A stretch of 52,021 bases of DNA from a bacterium (GTDB lineage: Bacteria > Methylomirabilota > Methylomirabilia > CAVQYV01): assembly GCA_043800755.1 (NCBI GenBank), contig JAZDMQ010000063.1:1-52021 (forward strand). Direction: 5' to 3'. The notes below the pieces were generated by a model. That model saw only the letters and a list, made by a program, of their open reading frames with translations. It did no database searches and had not been told where the DNA came from. Positions 41,404 through 52,021 of this stretch are shown here, piece by piece. Numbering within the stretch: the first letter of the stretch is position 1; each line of letters begins with the position of its first letter. A program made the translations under genes and the position numbers.

Positions 41404-42864
41404 ATGCTGCAATATCCCTTAGAAGAAGGGCTGTCTTTTGACGATGTGCTCCTGCTCCCGGCCAAATCTGAGGTTCACCCTCGGGAGGCCGAGATCCAGA
41501 CAAATCTGACACGGGAGATCTCCATTAATATCCCGATCGTCAGCTCCGCCATGGATACGGTGACCGAATCCCGCCTGGCCATTGCCCTGGCCCAGGAGGG
41601 AGGGATTGGCGTCATCCATCGCGCCTTTTCGCCCAAGGAACAGGCCGCAGAGGTAGATAAGGTGAAGAAGTCGGAGAGCGGAATGATCAGGGATCCCATC
41701 ACCGTTTCCCCGGAGCAGAAGATCGCAGAGGTTCTGAGGATCATGGAGCGCTATCATATCTCGGGGGTGCCGGTCACCAAGAAAGGGAAACTGGTAGGGA
41801 TCTTGACCAACCGGGATCTGCGCTTTGAGACGCGTATGCAGCTTCAGGTCTCGGAGGTCATGACCAAGGAGAATCTCATCACGGCCCCGGTGGGGACGAC
41901 GCTGGAAGAGGCGAAAGAGATCCTGCATCGCCATCGCATTGAAAAGCTCCTGGTCGTGGATGGCGATTATAATCTGCGCGGCCTGATTACCATCAAGGAC
42001 ATCCAGAAGCGGATCAAGTACCCCAACGCCTGCAAGGATGAGATGGGTCGATTGAGGGTGGGAGCGGCCATCGGGATCGGAAGAGAGGGATTGGAGCGGG
42101 CAGAGGTCCTCATGAAGGCAGGGGTGGATGTCCTGGTGGTAGATACTGCCCACGGCCATTCTGTGGGCGTGATCAATGTGGTGAAGGCCATCAAGAAAAA
42201 ATATCCGGACATGGCCCTGATCGCCGGAAACATCGCCAGCGCCGAGGCGGTGGAGGAATTGATCAATGTGGGAGTCGATGCCCTGAAGGTGGGCATCGGC
42301 CCCGGTTCCATATGCACCAGCCGAATCATCGCCGGGGCGGGAGTTCCCCAGATCACCGCGATCTCCAGGTGCGCGCCGGTGGCGCAAAAGAGGGGTGTCC
42401 CCATTATCTCTGATGGGGGGATCAAGTTCTCGGGGGACATCACCAAGGCAATCGCCGCCGGTGCCTCCTCGGTCATGATCGGGGGCATCTTCGCTGGGGC
42501 TGACGAAAGCCCAGGGGAGACCGTTCTTTTCCAGGGGAGGAGCTACAAGGTCTATCGGGGCATGGGTTCCTTGGGCGCCCTGCAGCGAGGGGGAGGGGAC
42601 CGATACTTCCAAGAACAGGTGGAAGAACAGAAATATGTCCCGGAGGGCATTGAAGGAAGAGTCCCCTACAAAGGATCCCTGGCGGCCATCGTTTATCAAT
42701 TGATCGGAGGCCTGCGCGCGGGCATGGGATATTGTGGCTGCCGAACGATCGAGGAGCTGCGGGCGAAGGCGAAATTCATCAAGATCACCACCTCGGGCTT
42801 GAGAGAAAGCCACGTGCACGATGTGATTATCACCAAGGAAGCGCCCAACTACCGATTGGAATAG
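41404..42864 (+). CDS. guaB: IMP dehydrogenase
   Basis: [18 protein letters not shown] pair, [33 protein letters not shown]. Confidence 0.97.
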   Translation: MLQYPLEEGLSFDDVLLLPAKSEVHPREAEIQTNLTREISINIPIVSSAMDTVTESRLAIALAQEGGIGVIHRAFSPKEQAAEVDKVKKSESGMIRDPITVSPEQKIAEVLRIMERYHISGVPVTKKGKLVGILTNRDLRFETRMQLQVSEVMTKENLITAPVGTTLEEAKEILHRHRIEKLLVVDGDYNLRGLITIKDIQKRIKYPNACKDEMGRLRVGAAIGIGREGLERAEVLMKAGVDVLVVDTAHGHSVGVINVVKAIKKKYPDMALIAGNIASAEAVEELINVGVDALKVGIGPGSICTSRIIAGAGVPQITAISRCAPVAQKRGVPIISDGGIKFSGDITKAIAAGASSVMIGGIFAGADESPGETVLFQGRSYKVYRGMGSLGALQRGGGDRYFQEQVEEQKYVPEGIEGRVPYKGSLAAIVYQLIGGLRAGMGYCGCRTIEELRAKAKFIKITTSGLRESHVHDVIITKEAPNYRLE

Positions 42865-42989
42865 AGGGGCCTGCGCCTTGGCCTTCCATCTTCCCCTTCT
42901 GGAAACTACCGGTTAACGAAGAGGCTCTTTTCATCTCACCCATTTCTTAGCACACCTGGTATTCTATCTATTTGCCCTTAGGCAAGATC

Positions 42990-44534
42990 GTGGCAGATAT
43001 CCACGCAGAAAAGGTGCTGATCCTCGACTTCGGATCCCAATACACCCAGCTCATTGCCCGTTGCGTGCGAGAGGAAAAGGTGTATTGCGAGATCCACCCC
43101 TACCATACCCCCCTGCAGACCATCCAGGCTGCCGCTCCCAGGGGGATCATCCTCTCAGGAGGACCTTCCAGCATTTACGACCCCGGGGCACCGGTCTGCG
43201 ACCCGGGCCTTTTCCAGCTTCCGATCCCCATTCTGGGCATTTGCTACGGAATGCAGCTCATGGCCCATCTGCTAGGGGGAAAGGTCGCTCCCTTCGCCCG
43301 CCGGGAGTATGGACGGGCACAGTTCTTCATTGATGAGGCAGGGGACCTCTTTTCGGGCCTTGCACGAGAAATCACGGTCTGGATGAGCCATCAGGACCAG
43401 ATCGTTAGCCTCCCTCCCGGCTTTTCGACCATCGGCCATACGGAAAACACAGAAGTGGCGGCCTTCCGAGGGGCCTCCGCCCGCTATGGGCTCCAATTTC
43501 ACCCGGAGGTCGCCCATACCCCTCAAGGCCGAGAGATCCTGAGGAATTTTCTCTTTCGCATCTGTGCCTGCTCCGGGACCTGGAGCATGAAGGCCTTTGT
43601 GGAGTCCTCGGTGACGAAGATCCGCAATCGGGTAGGAAAAGAGAGGGTCATCACGGCCTTGAGCGGCGGAGTCGATTCCTCGGTGGTGGCCCTGTTGGTT
43701 CACCAGGCGGTGGGAGACCAGCTGACCTGTGTCTTTGTAGATAATGGTCTATTGCGCAAGGGAGAGGCCGAGAGGGTGCTGGCGACCTTCACCCAAAACT
43801 TTGACCTCCGGGTATGCCTGGTACAGGCGAAGGAGCGATTTCTGGAGCGCCTCCGGGGGATGGTCGATCCGGAGGAGAAACGGATCTGCATCGGAAGAGA
43901 ATTCATCCGAGTCTTCGAGGAAGAGGCCGAGAAGCTGGGAGGGGCTGCGTTCCTGGCCCAGGGCACGCTTTATCCGGATGTGATCGAGAGCACCTCAGTG
44001 AGGGGCCCCTCTTCCACCATCAAGACCCACCACAATGTGGGAGGCCTGCCGAAGAGGATGGGTTTTTCCCTCATCGAGCCCCTGCGGGAGCTCTTCAAGG
44101 ATGAGGTCCGGCAGGTGGGCCGCGAGCTGCACCTCTCCCCGGAGATCCTGAATCGTCACCCCTTCCCTGGCCCGGGGCTGGCGGTGCGCATCTTGGGGGA
44201 AGTTACCGAGGAGCGGCTCGCCATCTTAAGGGAGGCGGACTTCATCCTGGAGGAAGAGATCAGGAAGGCAGGGGTTTACGATCGGCTGTGGCAGGCCTTC
44301 ATCGTCCTGCTCCCGGTGAAGTCGGTGGGGGTGATGGGAGATGGACGGACCTACGAGAATGTCGCCGCCATTCGGGCTGTCAGCAGCCTGGATGGGATGA
44401 CCGCCGATTGGGCCCGTTTGCATTACGAGATCCTGGCCACCATATCGAGTCGCATCATCAACGAGGTGAAGGGGATCAACCGGGTGGTTTACGATATCAG
44501 CAGCAAGCCACCCAGCACTATCGAGTGGGAGTAA
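42990..44534 (+). CDS. guaA: GMP synthase (glutamine-hydrolysing); start at GTG 42990 or TTG 42972
   Basis: [51 protein letters not shown]. Confidence 0.97.
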   Translation: MADIHAEKVLILDFGSQYTQLIARCVREEKVYCEIHPYHTPLQTIQAAAPRGIILSGGPSSIYDPGAPVCDPGLFQLPIPILGICYGMQLMAHLLGGKVAPFARREYGRAQFFIDEAGDLFSGLAREITVWMSHQDQIVSLPPGFSTIGHTENTEVAAFRGASARYGLQFHPEVAHTPQGREILRNFLFRICACSGTWSMKAFVESSVTKIRNRVGKERVITALSGGVDSSVVALLVHQAVGDQLTCVFVDNGLLRKGEAERVLATFTQNFDLRVCLVQAKERFLERLRGMVDPEEKRICIGREFIRVFEEEAEKLGGAAFLAQGTLYPDVIESTSVRGPSSTIKTHHNVGGLPKRMGFSLIEPLRELFKDEVRQVGRELHLSPEILNRHPFPGPGLAVRILGEVTEERLAILREADFILEEEIRKAGVYDRLWQAFIVLLPVKSVGVMGDGRTYENVAAIRAVSSLDGMTADWARLHYEILATISSRIINEVKGINRVVYDISSKPPSTIEWE

Positions 44535-44544
44535 TCCATCCTCA

Positions 44545-47500
44545 ATGCAGCACTCTGATTTCGTCCACCTTCATGTCCATACTCAATATAGTCTCCTGGA
44601 TGGGGCCTGTCACCTAGATCGCCTGATCAGCTCGGCGCGAGGGCATCGCATGCCCGCGCTCGCCATTACTGATCACGGGAATATGTTCGGGGTGATCAAT
44701 TTCTATCGGCGGGCGATGAAAGAAGGGATCAAGCCGATCCTGGGCTGTGAGGTGTATGTGGCCCCGGGCAGTCGATTCGACCGTCCCTCGTCCGGCGGGA
44801 TCCAGGACACCTCCCACCATCTCACCCTCCTGGCCAGGGATCAGACCGGATACAAGAACCTCATGAAATTGGCGACCCTCGGTTACCTGGAGGGTTTCTA
44901 CTACAGGCCGCGCATCGACCGGGAGGCCCTTGCGCAACACCATGAAGGCCTCCTGGCCCTATCCGGGTGCCTCAAGGGGGAGATCGCCTGTCTCCTGGAT
45001 GCAGGAAAAGAGGAGAAGGCGATTGAGGTCGCCCGAGGCTACCGGGAGATCTTAGGGGAAGGGAATTTTTTCCTGGAGATCCAGGATCAAGGGATCAAGG
45101 GACAACGGGAGATCAACAAGGCATTGGTTCGCCTGAGCAAGAGCCTCAATCTCCCCCTGGCGGCCACCAACGATGTCCACTACTTGCTGGCTCAGGACGC
45201 CAAGGCGCACGACATCCTCCTTTGCATCCAGACCGGGAAGACAGTGAAAGAGGAGGACCGACTCAGATTCTCCTCCGAGGAATTCTTCTTCAAGTCCCCG
45301 GAGGAGATGCGGAGCCGCTTCCAGGAGATCCCCCGGGCGCTCACCAATACGGTCGAGATCGCGGAACGCTGCAATCTGGACCTGGTCTTTGATCGAACCA
45401 ATCTCCCCCACTACCAAGTGCCGGAGGGCTTTACTTTAGAGAGCTACCTGGCCCATTTGGCCGAGGAGGGGGTGCGAGCCCGGTATGGGGGCATCACTCC
45501 CGCCCTGGAGGAGAGGTTGCACCACGAACTGGCCTCTATTGAGAAGGCGGGCTATGCGGGCTATTTCCTGGTGGTGTGGGACTTCATTCGCTTCGCCCGG
45601 GAGAAGAAGATCCCCGTGGGGCCGGGGAGGGGGTCAGCGGCCGGCTCTATGGTGGCCTATGCCCTGGGGATTACTGGAATCGATCCCCTGCGGTATGGAT
45701 TGTTCTTCGAAAGATTCCTCAACCCGGAACGCATCAGCATGCCCGACATCGATATCGACTTCTGCGATGAGCGGCGGGACGAGGTGATCGGGTACGTGGC
45801 CGCCAAGTATGGCTCGGAGAATGTGGCCCAGATTGTGACCTTCGCCACCCTGGGAGCAAAGGCCATCATTCGGGATGTGGGGCGCGCCCTGGGGATGCCC
45901 TACTCGGAGGTCGATAAGATCGCCAAACTGGTTCCGAATGTCCTGAACATCAGCCTGGATAACGCCCTGGTCCAGAGTCCCCAGCTCCAGAAGGTGGTGG
46001 AGACCCGGTCGGAGGTGAAGGAGCTCATCTCCATTGCCCGCACCCTGGAGGGCCTCACCCGCCATGCCTCCACCCATGCCGCCGGGGTGGTCATCTCCGG
46101 GGGCCCGCTGGTCGAACACTGCCCTCTCTACAAGGGGACCCGGGGGGAAGTGACCACCCAATATGCCATGCTCGACCTGGAGAAGATCGGGCTATTAAAG
46201 GTTGACTTCTTAGGCCTCCGCACCCTGACCGTCCTCTCCCATACCCTGGACCTCATTGCCGAGACCCGCAAGCAGAAGCTGTCCTTGGAGGAGATCCCCC
46301 TGGACGATGGGCTCACTTTTCAGTTCCTGGGAGAGGCGAGGACCGCTGGGATCTTCCAGTTGGAGAGCAGCGGGATGCAGGACCTGTTGAGGAGGTTGAA
46401 GCCCGGGAGGATGGAGGACATCATTGCCCTGGTGGCCCTCTACCGACCGGGGCCCATGAATATGATCGACGACTTTATCCAGAGGCGCCATGGAAAGGTG
46501 AAGGTGCGCTACGATCACCCTGCCATGGAGAAGGTCCTGGCGGAGACCTATGGCGTCATGGTCTATCAGGAGCAGGTCATGCAGATCGCCTCGGAACTGG
46601 CGGGATTTTCCCTGGGGGAGGCCGATATCCTGCGCCGGGCGATGGGTAAGAAGGACTCGGAGATGATGGATAAGCAGCGCAAGAAGTTCCTGCAAGGGGC
46701 GAAGGTCCGGGGCATCGCGGAGGGCAAGGCGGAAAAGATCTTCGACCAGATGAGGCAGTTTGCCGAATACGGGTTCAATAAGTCCCACGCCGCCGCCTAT
46801 GCCCTTATCGCCTACTGGACCGCTTATCTCAAGGCCCGCTACCCGGTGGAATTCATGACCGCGCTCCTCACCTCGGAACGGGAAGATACGGATAAGATCG
46901 TGAAGTATATCGAGGAATGCCGACAGATGAAGATCACGGTCCTTCCCCCGGACATCAATGAGTCGGAGAGCAATTTCCGGGTGGAGCGAGATCAAATCCG
47001 CTTCGGCCTGGCCGCAGTCAAGAATGTGGGGGAGACGGCCATTCAATCTATCTTGTCCGCCCGGGCCCGCAAAGGAAAGTTTTCCTCCCTGTTCGATCTC
47101 TGTGAGGCGGTGGACCTGCGTGTGGTCAACCGGAGGGTCTTGGAGAGCCTCATCAAGTGTGGGGCCCTGGATTTTTTAGGGGGAAAGAGGTCTCAACTGA
47201 TGGCCACCTTGGATCGGGCGATGGAGAGGGGCTCTTCCCTCCAGAGATCAAAGATGAAAGGCCAAAGCTCTCTGTTGGAACTCATCGCCCCCGAGGAGAA
47301 GAGCTCCTTGAAGGCCCCGGCCCTTCCGGATTTGGAGGAGTGGCCTGTAGGTCAGCTGCTGTCCATGGAGAAAGAGGTGCTAGGATTTTATCTGAGTGGT
47401 CATCCCCTGCGCGATTTCGAGGCGGAGATCGCCAGGTTGGCTACCTGTAAGATCGAGGACCTCTCCGCCGTTAAGGATCGAGAGCGGGTAACCCTGTGCG

Positions 47501-47979
47501 GCATGGTGGGGAATATCAAGCGCATCAACACCAAGAATGGAGGGCAGATGGCCTTCCTGAGCCTGGAGGACCTCTCGGGATCGGTGGAGGTGGTGATCTT
47601 CCCCGAACTCTATGCGACCGTGACCTCCTATCTGGCCAGGGATCTGCCCCTCCGGGTGGTGGGGAATGTGGATATCACCGAGGATGCGGTGAAGATCCTG
47701 GCCCAGGAGATCGCTCCCCTCGCGGAGAAGAAAGAGAAAGGGCTCTCGCGGGCCGATGTCTATCTCGCTGGTCCTGGCTGCTCCCCTCACCTCCTCATTT
47801 CCCTGCGGGAGATCCTTTCCCGACATGCAGGGGAGTGTCCGGTCTTTCTTCACATCCGTGCCCCACAGGGAGAAGAAACGGTGATCGCGGCAGGCGAACG
47901 CTTCCAGGTCTCGATGGATGAGGAGTTGAAGAGAGATCTGGAGGCATTGTTGGGCAACGGCCATGTAAGCTTTGCCTGA
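44545..47979 (+). CDS. dnaE: DNA polymerase III alpha subunit
   Basis: PHP domain [47 protein letters not shown]. No intein-sized insertion. Confidence 0.97.
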   Translation: MQHSDFVHLHVHTQYSLLDGACHLDRLISSARGHRMPALAITDHGNMFGVINFYRRAMKEGIKPILGCEVYVAPGSRFDRPSSGGIQDTSHHLTLLARDQTGYKNLMKLATLGYLEGFYYRPRIDREALAQHHEGLLALSGCLKGEIACLLDAGKEEKAIEVARGYREILGEGNFFLEIQDQGIKGQREINKALVRLSKSLNLPLAATNDVHYLLAQDAKAHDILLCIQTGKTVKEEDRLRFSSEEFFFKSPEEMRSRFQEIPRALTNTVEIAERCNLDLVFDRTNLPHYQVPEGFTLESYLAHLAEEGVRARYGGITPALEERLHHELASIEKAGYAGYFLVVWDFIRFAREKKIPVGPGRGSAAGSMVAYALGITGIDPLRYGLFFERFLNPERISMPDIDIDFCDERRDEVIGYVAAKYGSENVAQIVTFATLGAKAIIRDVGRALGMPYSEVDKIAKLVPNVLNISLDNALVQSPQLQKVVETRSEVKELISIARTLEGLTRHASTHAAGVVISGGPLVEHCPLYKGTRGEVTTQYAMLDLEKIGLLKVDFLGLRTLTVLSHTLDLIAETRKQKLSLEEIPLDDGLTFQFLGEARTAGIFQLESSGMQDLLRRLKPGRMEDIIALVALYRPGPMNMIDDFIQRRHGKVKVRYDHPAMEKVLAETYGVMVYQEQVMQIASELAGFSLGEADILRRAMGKKDSEMMDKQRKKFLQGAKVRGIAEGKAEKIFDQMRQFAEYGFNKSHAAAYALIAYWTAYLKARYPVEFMTALLTSEREDTDKIVKYIEECRQMKITVLPPDINESESNFRVERDQIRFGLAAVKNVGETAIQSILSARARKGKFSSLFDLCEAVDLRVVNRRVLESLIKCGALDFLGGKRSQLMATLDRAMERGSSLQRSKMKGQSSLLELIAPEEKSSLKAPALPDLEEWPVGQLLSMEKEVLGFYLSGHPLRDFEAEIARLATCKIEDLSAVKDRERVTLCGMVGNIKRINTKNGGQMAFLSLEDLSGSVEVVIFPELYATVTSYLARDLPLRVVGNVDITEDAVKILAQEIAPLAEKKEKGLSRADVYLAGPGCSPHLLISLREILSRHAGECPVFLHIRAPQGEETVIAAGERFQVSMDEELKRDLEALLGNGHVSFA

Positions 47980-47989
47980 GGGGGAAGAG

Positions 47990-48949
47990 GTGGCCAATTT
48001 CATCCTCGATTTCGAGGCCCGAGTGGTCGAATTAGAAGAGAAGATCAAGGAGCTGAAACACTTCGCGGCCGTAGAAAAGGTGGACTTCAGCGAGGAGATA
48101 AAGAAGCTAGAGCGGAAGGCGGCCAAGCTGCGCAAGGAGGTCTACTCCCACCTGACTCCTTGGCAGCGGACGCAGCTCGCCCGCCACCCCGGCCGTCCCT
48201 ACACCCTCGATCACATTCGGTCCTTGATGACCGACTTCGTGGAACTGTCCGGAGATCGGCTCTTCGCTGAGGATCATGCCCTGGTGGGCGGCCTGGCCAA
48301 ACTGGAGGGGCAGCCCGTGGTGGTCATCGGGCACCAGAAGGGCAGGGATACCAAGGAAAATCTGTTTCGCAATTTTGCCATGGCCCACCCCGAGGGGTAT
48401 CGCAAGGCCCTGAGGTTGATGAAGCTGGGGGAGAAATTCGGCAAGCCCATCATTAACTTCATCGATACCCCGGGGGCCTATCCCGGGATCGGGGCGGAGG
48501 AGAGGGGTCAGGCCGAGGCCATTGCCCGGAACCTGCGAGAGATGTCCGAGCTGAAGGTGCCCATCATCGTGGTCATCAGCGGGGAGGGAGGCTCCGGAGG
48601 GGCGTTGGCCCTGGGGGTGGGGGATGTGGTCCTCATGTTGGAATATGCCATCTATTCGGTCATCACCCCCGAGGGGTGCGCGGCCATCCTCTGGAGGGAT
48701 CAGGCGAAGGCCCCGGATGCAGCCCAGGCCCTCGGCCTCACCGCCGAAATCTTGAAGGGGTTTGACCTGATCGATGAGATCGTGCCCGAGCCCATGGGGG
48801 GTGCCCATCGAGATCCCGCCGGGGCGTCCAGCCTCCTGAGGCCTTATCTGGTGCGACATCTGGAGGCATTACAGCGAATAGAGATCGGCAAGCTGTTGGA
48901 GCGGAGATACCAGAGGCTGCGAAAGATGGGAAGGTTCGGCGGCGACTGA
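47990..48949 (+). CDS. accA: Acetyl-CoA carboxylase carboxyltransferase alpha subunit
   Basis: [48 protein letters not shown]. Confidence 0.96.
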   Translation: MANFILDFEARVVELEEKIKELKHFAAVEKVDFSEEIKKLERKAAKLRKEVYSHLTPWQRTQLARHPGRPYTLDHIRSLMTDFVELSGDRLFAEDHALVGGLAKLEGQPVVVIGHQKGRDTKENLFRNFAMAHPEGYRKALRLMKLGEKFGKPIINFIDTPGAYPGIGAEERGQAEAIARNLREMSELKVPIIVVISGEGGSGGALALGVGDVVLMLEYAIYSVITPEGCAAILWRDQAKAPDAAQALGLTAEILKGFDLIDEIVPEPMGGAHRDPAGASSLLRPYLVRHLEALQRIEIGKLLERRYQRLRKMGRFGGD

Positions 48950-48960
48950 GGATGGGGGCC

Positions 48961-49650
48961 ATGGATCCTTGGAAGAAGCTTCCTTTTTTTTCCTCCCTGA
49001 GTGATAAAGAACTGGCGGAGGTAGTCGTCCCTCTCTTCCAAGAGGAGAGATACCGGGAGGACGAGTACCTGTTTTACGAGGGCGATCCCCCCCAGGGCCT
49101 GTTCATTCTGAGAGAAGGAAAGGTGAAGATCATCAAACACTCCACCCGGGGCAAGGATACCATCCTTCGCCTCCTCGGCCCCGAGGAGATGTTCGGAGAG
49201 GTTGCCTCCCTGGATGGAGGACCGTACCCAGCCTCCGCCCAGGCCCTGGAGGATACCGTCGTCTTCCACCTTTCGCAGCGGGATTTCCTACGCCTGCTCC
49301 AAGGTTATCCCTCCATCGCCCTGAGGGTCATTGAGGATCTGGGGCGGAAGCTTCGGGACGCCCACGATCTCATCCGGGCCCTGACCACCGAGACGGTGGA
49401 GAAGCGGATTGCCACCGTCTTGCTGAAGCTTTCGGAGAAGTTGGGAAAGGTAGAAGAGAGGGGGATCCGGCTGAGGATCCACCTGAGCCGTCAAGATCTG
49501 GCGGATATGGCTGGAACAACCATCGAGACCGCCATTCGGGTCCTGAGCAAGTTCACCAAGGACCGCCTCTTGACGAAGGAAGGCAAGAACATCATCATCC
49601 TGGATCGCGCGGCCCTGGCCGCACTGAGCCGTTCCTCCTTGCCCAGATGA
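48961..49650 (+). CDS. Crp/Fnr-family transcription regulator (no FNR cysteines)
   Basis: cNMP-binding fold (FYEGDP, GKVKI, FGE) and HTH SRQDLADMAGTTIETAIR. Alternative ATG at 48952. Confidence 0.9.
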   Translation: MDPWKKLPFFSSLSDKELAEVVVPLFQEERYREDEYLFYEGDPPQGLFILREGKVKIIKHSTRGKDTILRLLGPEEMFGEVASLDGGPYPASAQALEDTVVFHLSQRDFLRLLQGYPSIALRVIEDLGRKLRDAHDLIRALTTETVEKRIATVLLKLSEKLGKVEERGIRLRIHLSRQDLADMAGTTIETAIRVLSKFTKDRLLTKEGKNIIILDRAALAALSRSSLPR

Positions 49651-49664
49651 TGAGGGAAGAGTCC

Positions 49665-50651
49665 ATGCCCACTTTGGTTGACCCTTACGCCCGAACCATC
49701 GACTACCTGAGGATCTCGATCACCGACCGCTGCAACCTGCGCTGTCTTTATTGTATGCCTTCCGGAGGCGTACGGGTGATCCCCCGCGAAGAACTCCTCC
49801 ATTATGAAGAGATCCATCGGGTCGTGACCCTGGCCATTGGCATGGGGGTCAAGAAGGTGCGGATTACCGGGGGAGAGCCCCTGGTCCGCTCGGGCGTCAT
49901 CCCCCTTATTGCCTCCCTGGCCGAGATCCCAGGGCTGGAGGATATTAGCCTTACCACCAATGGGACCCTGTTGGAGGCCTTTGCGCGGCCGCTCAAGGAG
50001 GCGGGATTGAAGAGGGTCAATGTGAGCCTCGACACCCTGGACCCCAAGAAATACGCCCACATCACCCGGGGAGATGAGCTTTCCCAGGTCTGGAGGGGGA
50101 TCCGCCGGGCCCTGGAAGAGGATCTGACGCCGCTCAAGATCAACATGGTGGTGATTCGGGGTCTCAATGACGGAGAGGTTGAGGATTTCGCACAACTAAC
50201 CCTGAGGGAGCCGATCAACCTGCGTTTCATCGAGTTCATGCCGGTGGGGGCTCAAGACTTCTGGAGGCCGGATCGCGTGGTGAAGTTGGGGGAGATCAAG
50301 GGCAAGATCGATCGCCTGGGAAGGTTGGAGCCGACCAAGATCAGAGGGAATGGCCCGGCCCGCTATTTTTACCTCCCACGGGCGTTGGGGACCGTGGGTT
50401 TCATCGGGGCCTTCAGCGACCACTTCTGCGCCTCCTGCAACCGATTGCGCCTCACCTGCGATGGCCGGCTAAGGCCCTGTCTATTTTCTGAATCGGAGAT
50501 CGACCTGCGAGGCCCACTGCGGCGGGGGTGCCGAGATGAGGAGTTAGCAGCCCTGTTCCTTCGGGCCAAACAGGAGAAGCCCCTTTCCCATTCTCTGCGG
50601 GAGGAGCCGCCGAAACATTGGAGAAGGCCCATGTCAGAAATTGGTGGGTGA
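49665..50651 (+). CDS. moaA: GTP 3',8-cyclase (Moco biosynthesis radical SAM)
   Basis: YLRISITDRCNLRCLYC, TGGEP, RFIE.MP, FC..CNR.R, C-terminal IGG. Confidence 0.96.
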   Translation: MPTLVDPYARTIDYLRISITDRCNLRCLYCMPSGGVRVIPREELLHYEEIHRVVTLAIGMGVKKVRITGGEPLVRSGVIPLIASLAEIPGLEDISLTTNGTLLEAFARPLKEAGLKRVNVSLDTLDPKKYAHITRGDELSQVWRGIRRALEEDLTPLKINMVVIRGLNDGEVEDFAQLTLREPINLRFIEFMPVGAQDFWRPDRVVKLGEIKGKIDRLGRLEPTKIRGNGPARYFYLPRALGTVGFIGAFSDHFCASCNRLRLTCDGRLRPCLFSESEIDLRGPLRRGCRDEELAALFLRAKQEKPLSHSLREEPPKHWRRPMSEIGG

Positions 50652-50667
50652 GGCGCAATTTTTTGGC

Positions 50668-50695
50668 TTGACCCGGGAGCCGAGTCTGTTATAAT
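50668..50695 (+). promoter_or_regulatory. sigma70-type (extended -10) promoter upstream of DUF465-moaC
   Basis: TTGACC (50668-73), 16 bp, TGn-TATAAT (50690-95). Confidence 0.7.
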
Positions 50696-50862
50696 AATTG
50701 ACAATCAAGAATGACTAAACACATGAAGAGCCATCTGTATCCGCTGCTGTCACCCTTCCGCGGTGCTTCTCTAACTTACCCCGGCATATCCTATTCATTT
50801 CGATCCACCGACCCCATTTCCTTATTTCCCTTAGTCTCTTTATTATGGAAAGGAGCCGCTCA

Positions 50863-51087
50863 ATGGGAGAGACCGAGGCAGAACTCTTTGTCCGCCTCAA
50901 GGAGGCGAATTTAGATTTTCGCCGGCTCGCGGAAAAACACCGGGAGCTCGATCTCAAGATCGGAGAATTCGATCGGGTCTATTATTTGACCAGCGAGCAA
51001 GAGCGAAAACGGAAAGAGCTTCAAAAGATGAAGCTCAAGATCAAGGATCAGATGTACGCCATCATGCGCCAATACCGAGGCCAATGA
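50863..51087 (+). CDS. DUF465/YdcH-family small coiled-coil protein
   Basis: AAGGAG SD; F..L...H.ELD..I ... L.K.KL.IKD.M pattern; stop overlaps the moaC ATG. Confidence 0.8.
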   Translation: MGETEAELFVRLKEANLDFRRLAEKHRELDLKIGEFDRVYYLTSEQERKRKELQKMKLKIKDQMYAIMRQYRGQ

Positions 51088-51563
51088 AGCAATTTTCGCA
51101 CTTAGATGCCAAGGGCAAGGCCTCCATGGTGGATGTCAGCGCAAAGCCGGAAACCCTCCGTGAGGCGGTCGCCAAGGGATCGATCCTGATGGGCAAGGAG
51201 ACCCTGAGGGCGATCCGAGACAAAAAGGTCCCCAAGGGTGATGTCCTCACCGTGGCCAAGATCGCCGGCGTCATGGCGGCGAAGGAAACCCCCCATCTCA
51301 TCCCCCTCTGCCATTCAATTCTATTATCGAATGTAGACCTCACCTTCAAAATCAACGCCCGAGCCAGCAAGATTGAGATCGAATCCCAGGTGAGGACCAT
51401 CGGCCGAACGGGCGCGGAGATGGAGGCCTTGACTGCGGTAGCCGTGGCCGCCCTGGCCATTTACGATATGTGCAAGGCCGTCGACAAGGAGATGACCATC
51501 GGAGAGATCCGATTGATCTCCAAAAAGGGAGGGAGAAGCGGTACCTATCAGAGGGCCCAATGA
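51084..51563 (+). CDS. moaC: Cyclic pyranopterin monophosphate synthase
   Basis: MVDVS.K, KGDVL..A.IAG..AAK.T..LIPLCH, TG.EMEAL, YDMCKA.DK, K.GGRSG. Confidence 0.96.
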   Translation: MKQFSHLDAKGKASMVDVSAKPETLREAVAKGSILMGKETLRAIRDKKVPKGDVLTVAKIAGVMAAKETPHLIPLCHSILLSNVDLTFKINARASKIEIESQVRTIGRTGAEMEALTAVAVAALAIYDMCKAVDKEMTIGEIRLISKKGGRSGTYQRAQ

Positions 51564-51599
51564 GAGAGTGAAGTCCCCCCTCCCCGAGAGGAGACGCGC

Positions 51600-52021
51600 A
51601 TGAGAGAATCCCCTTCTCCGGCTGCATCCCCCCGCCCCCGCTCTTGCCTCCTTTATTCCCCCCAGTTTTCCATATATCAGTACGGACCCTCCCATCCCCT
51701 GAAGAATGAAAGGCTGGCCCTCACCTTCCGTCTGATGGAGGCCTACGGGCTCCTGCACCTGGAAAGGGCCGAGGTGAAAGAGCCCAGGTGGGCGGAAGAA
51801 GCGGATCTTGTGCTCTTCCACCACCCGGAATACCTCCAGGCCCTGCAGGTGGCAGAGGCAGGGATCTCCTTCCCTTCTGCCCCTGCCTACGGCTTGGGAA
51901 CCCCTGATGATCCCATCTTCCCCGGCGTCTATTCCTGGTCCCTCTTGGTCACCGGGGCCTCTCTCTCCGCCGCGGAGGCGATCGAAGAGGATGGATTCGA
52001 TCTTGCCTTCAATATGGCGGG
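51600..52021 (+). CDS. AcuC/histone-deacetylase-family protein, N-terminal part (runs off the window edge)
   Basis: Manual translation: ...LLYSPQFSIYQYGPSHPLKNERLALTFRLMEAYGLL...LFHHPEYL...YGLGTPDDPIFPG...AFNMA. Confidence 0.85.
   Translation, partial: MRESPSPAASPRPRSCLLYSPQFSIYQYGPSHPLKNERLALTFRLMEAYGLLHLERAEVKEPRWAEEADLVLFHHPEYLQALQVAEAGISFPSAPAYGLGTPDDPIFPGVYSWSLLVTGASLSAAEAIEEDGFDLAFNMA

Noticed and set aside
44545..47979. Intein or split DnaE
   Set aside because: Normal length (1144 aa) with continuous motifs.
50698..50708. FNR/CRP box TTGA-CAA-TCAA
   Set aside because: Half-site spacing is 3 instead of the required 6.
50711..50914. 67 aa ORF in the DUF465 leader as a gene or leader peptide
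   Set aside because: No clear SD, out-of-frame overlap with DUF465, atypical codon usage and no amino-acid run typical of an attenuator.
1..52021. CRISPR array, tRNA/rRNA, IS element, defence system or recoded (Sec/Pyl) gene
   Set aside because: No regularly spaced repeats, cloverleafs, transposase motifs or interrupted conserved ORFs were seen by eye. tRNAscan-SE and Rfam scans would be needed to exclude small RNAs.

Overview
A 52 kb, GC-rich (roughly 60% by eye), densely coding bacterial chromosomal segment. Gene content and order suggest a diderm related to the Deltaproteobacteria/Nitrospirota/NC10/Tectomicrobia-type lineages (inference only). From left to right: a partial DUF362 gene; a signal-peptide-bearing MEMO-AMMECR1 (AmmeMemoRadiSam B+A) fusion; a Zn-dehydrogenase, split transketolase, NUDIX, DUF1232 and aminotransferase run; an iron-sulfur flavoprotein; glnD and aroE. 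Next is a large type IVa pilus locus: pilB-pilT-pilC-pilS-pilR, a sigma54-driven major pilin, a second pilin, an O-antigen-ligase/TPR protein, a PilH/PilI/PilG-like ABC module, pilD and a second sigma54 two-component pair. Then dtd, GT2 and GT4 glycosyltransferases, xerD, an oppositely oriented glucokinase + transaldolase-PGI cassette, and housekeeping genes (tRNA nucleotidyltransferase, site-2 protease, trpS, guaB, guaA, dnaE, accA, Crp/Fnr regulator, moaA, DUF465, moaC, partial acuC). No rRNA, tRNA, CRISPR array, transposase or prophage gene was recognised. Best leads: (1) tandem Cys-free pilins, one with a GspG-like acidic (putative Ca2+) C-terminal motif and one ending in Ser directly before a putative oligosaccharyltransferase; (2) a full-length Tal-PGI fusion whose transaldolase half has lost its Schiff-base lysine and phosphate-binding residues; (3) signs that this cassette was inserted at the 3' end of xerD; (4) an apparently exported MEMO-AMMECR1 fusion; (5) a probable ATT start codon and a probable leaderless mRNA.
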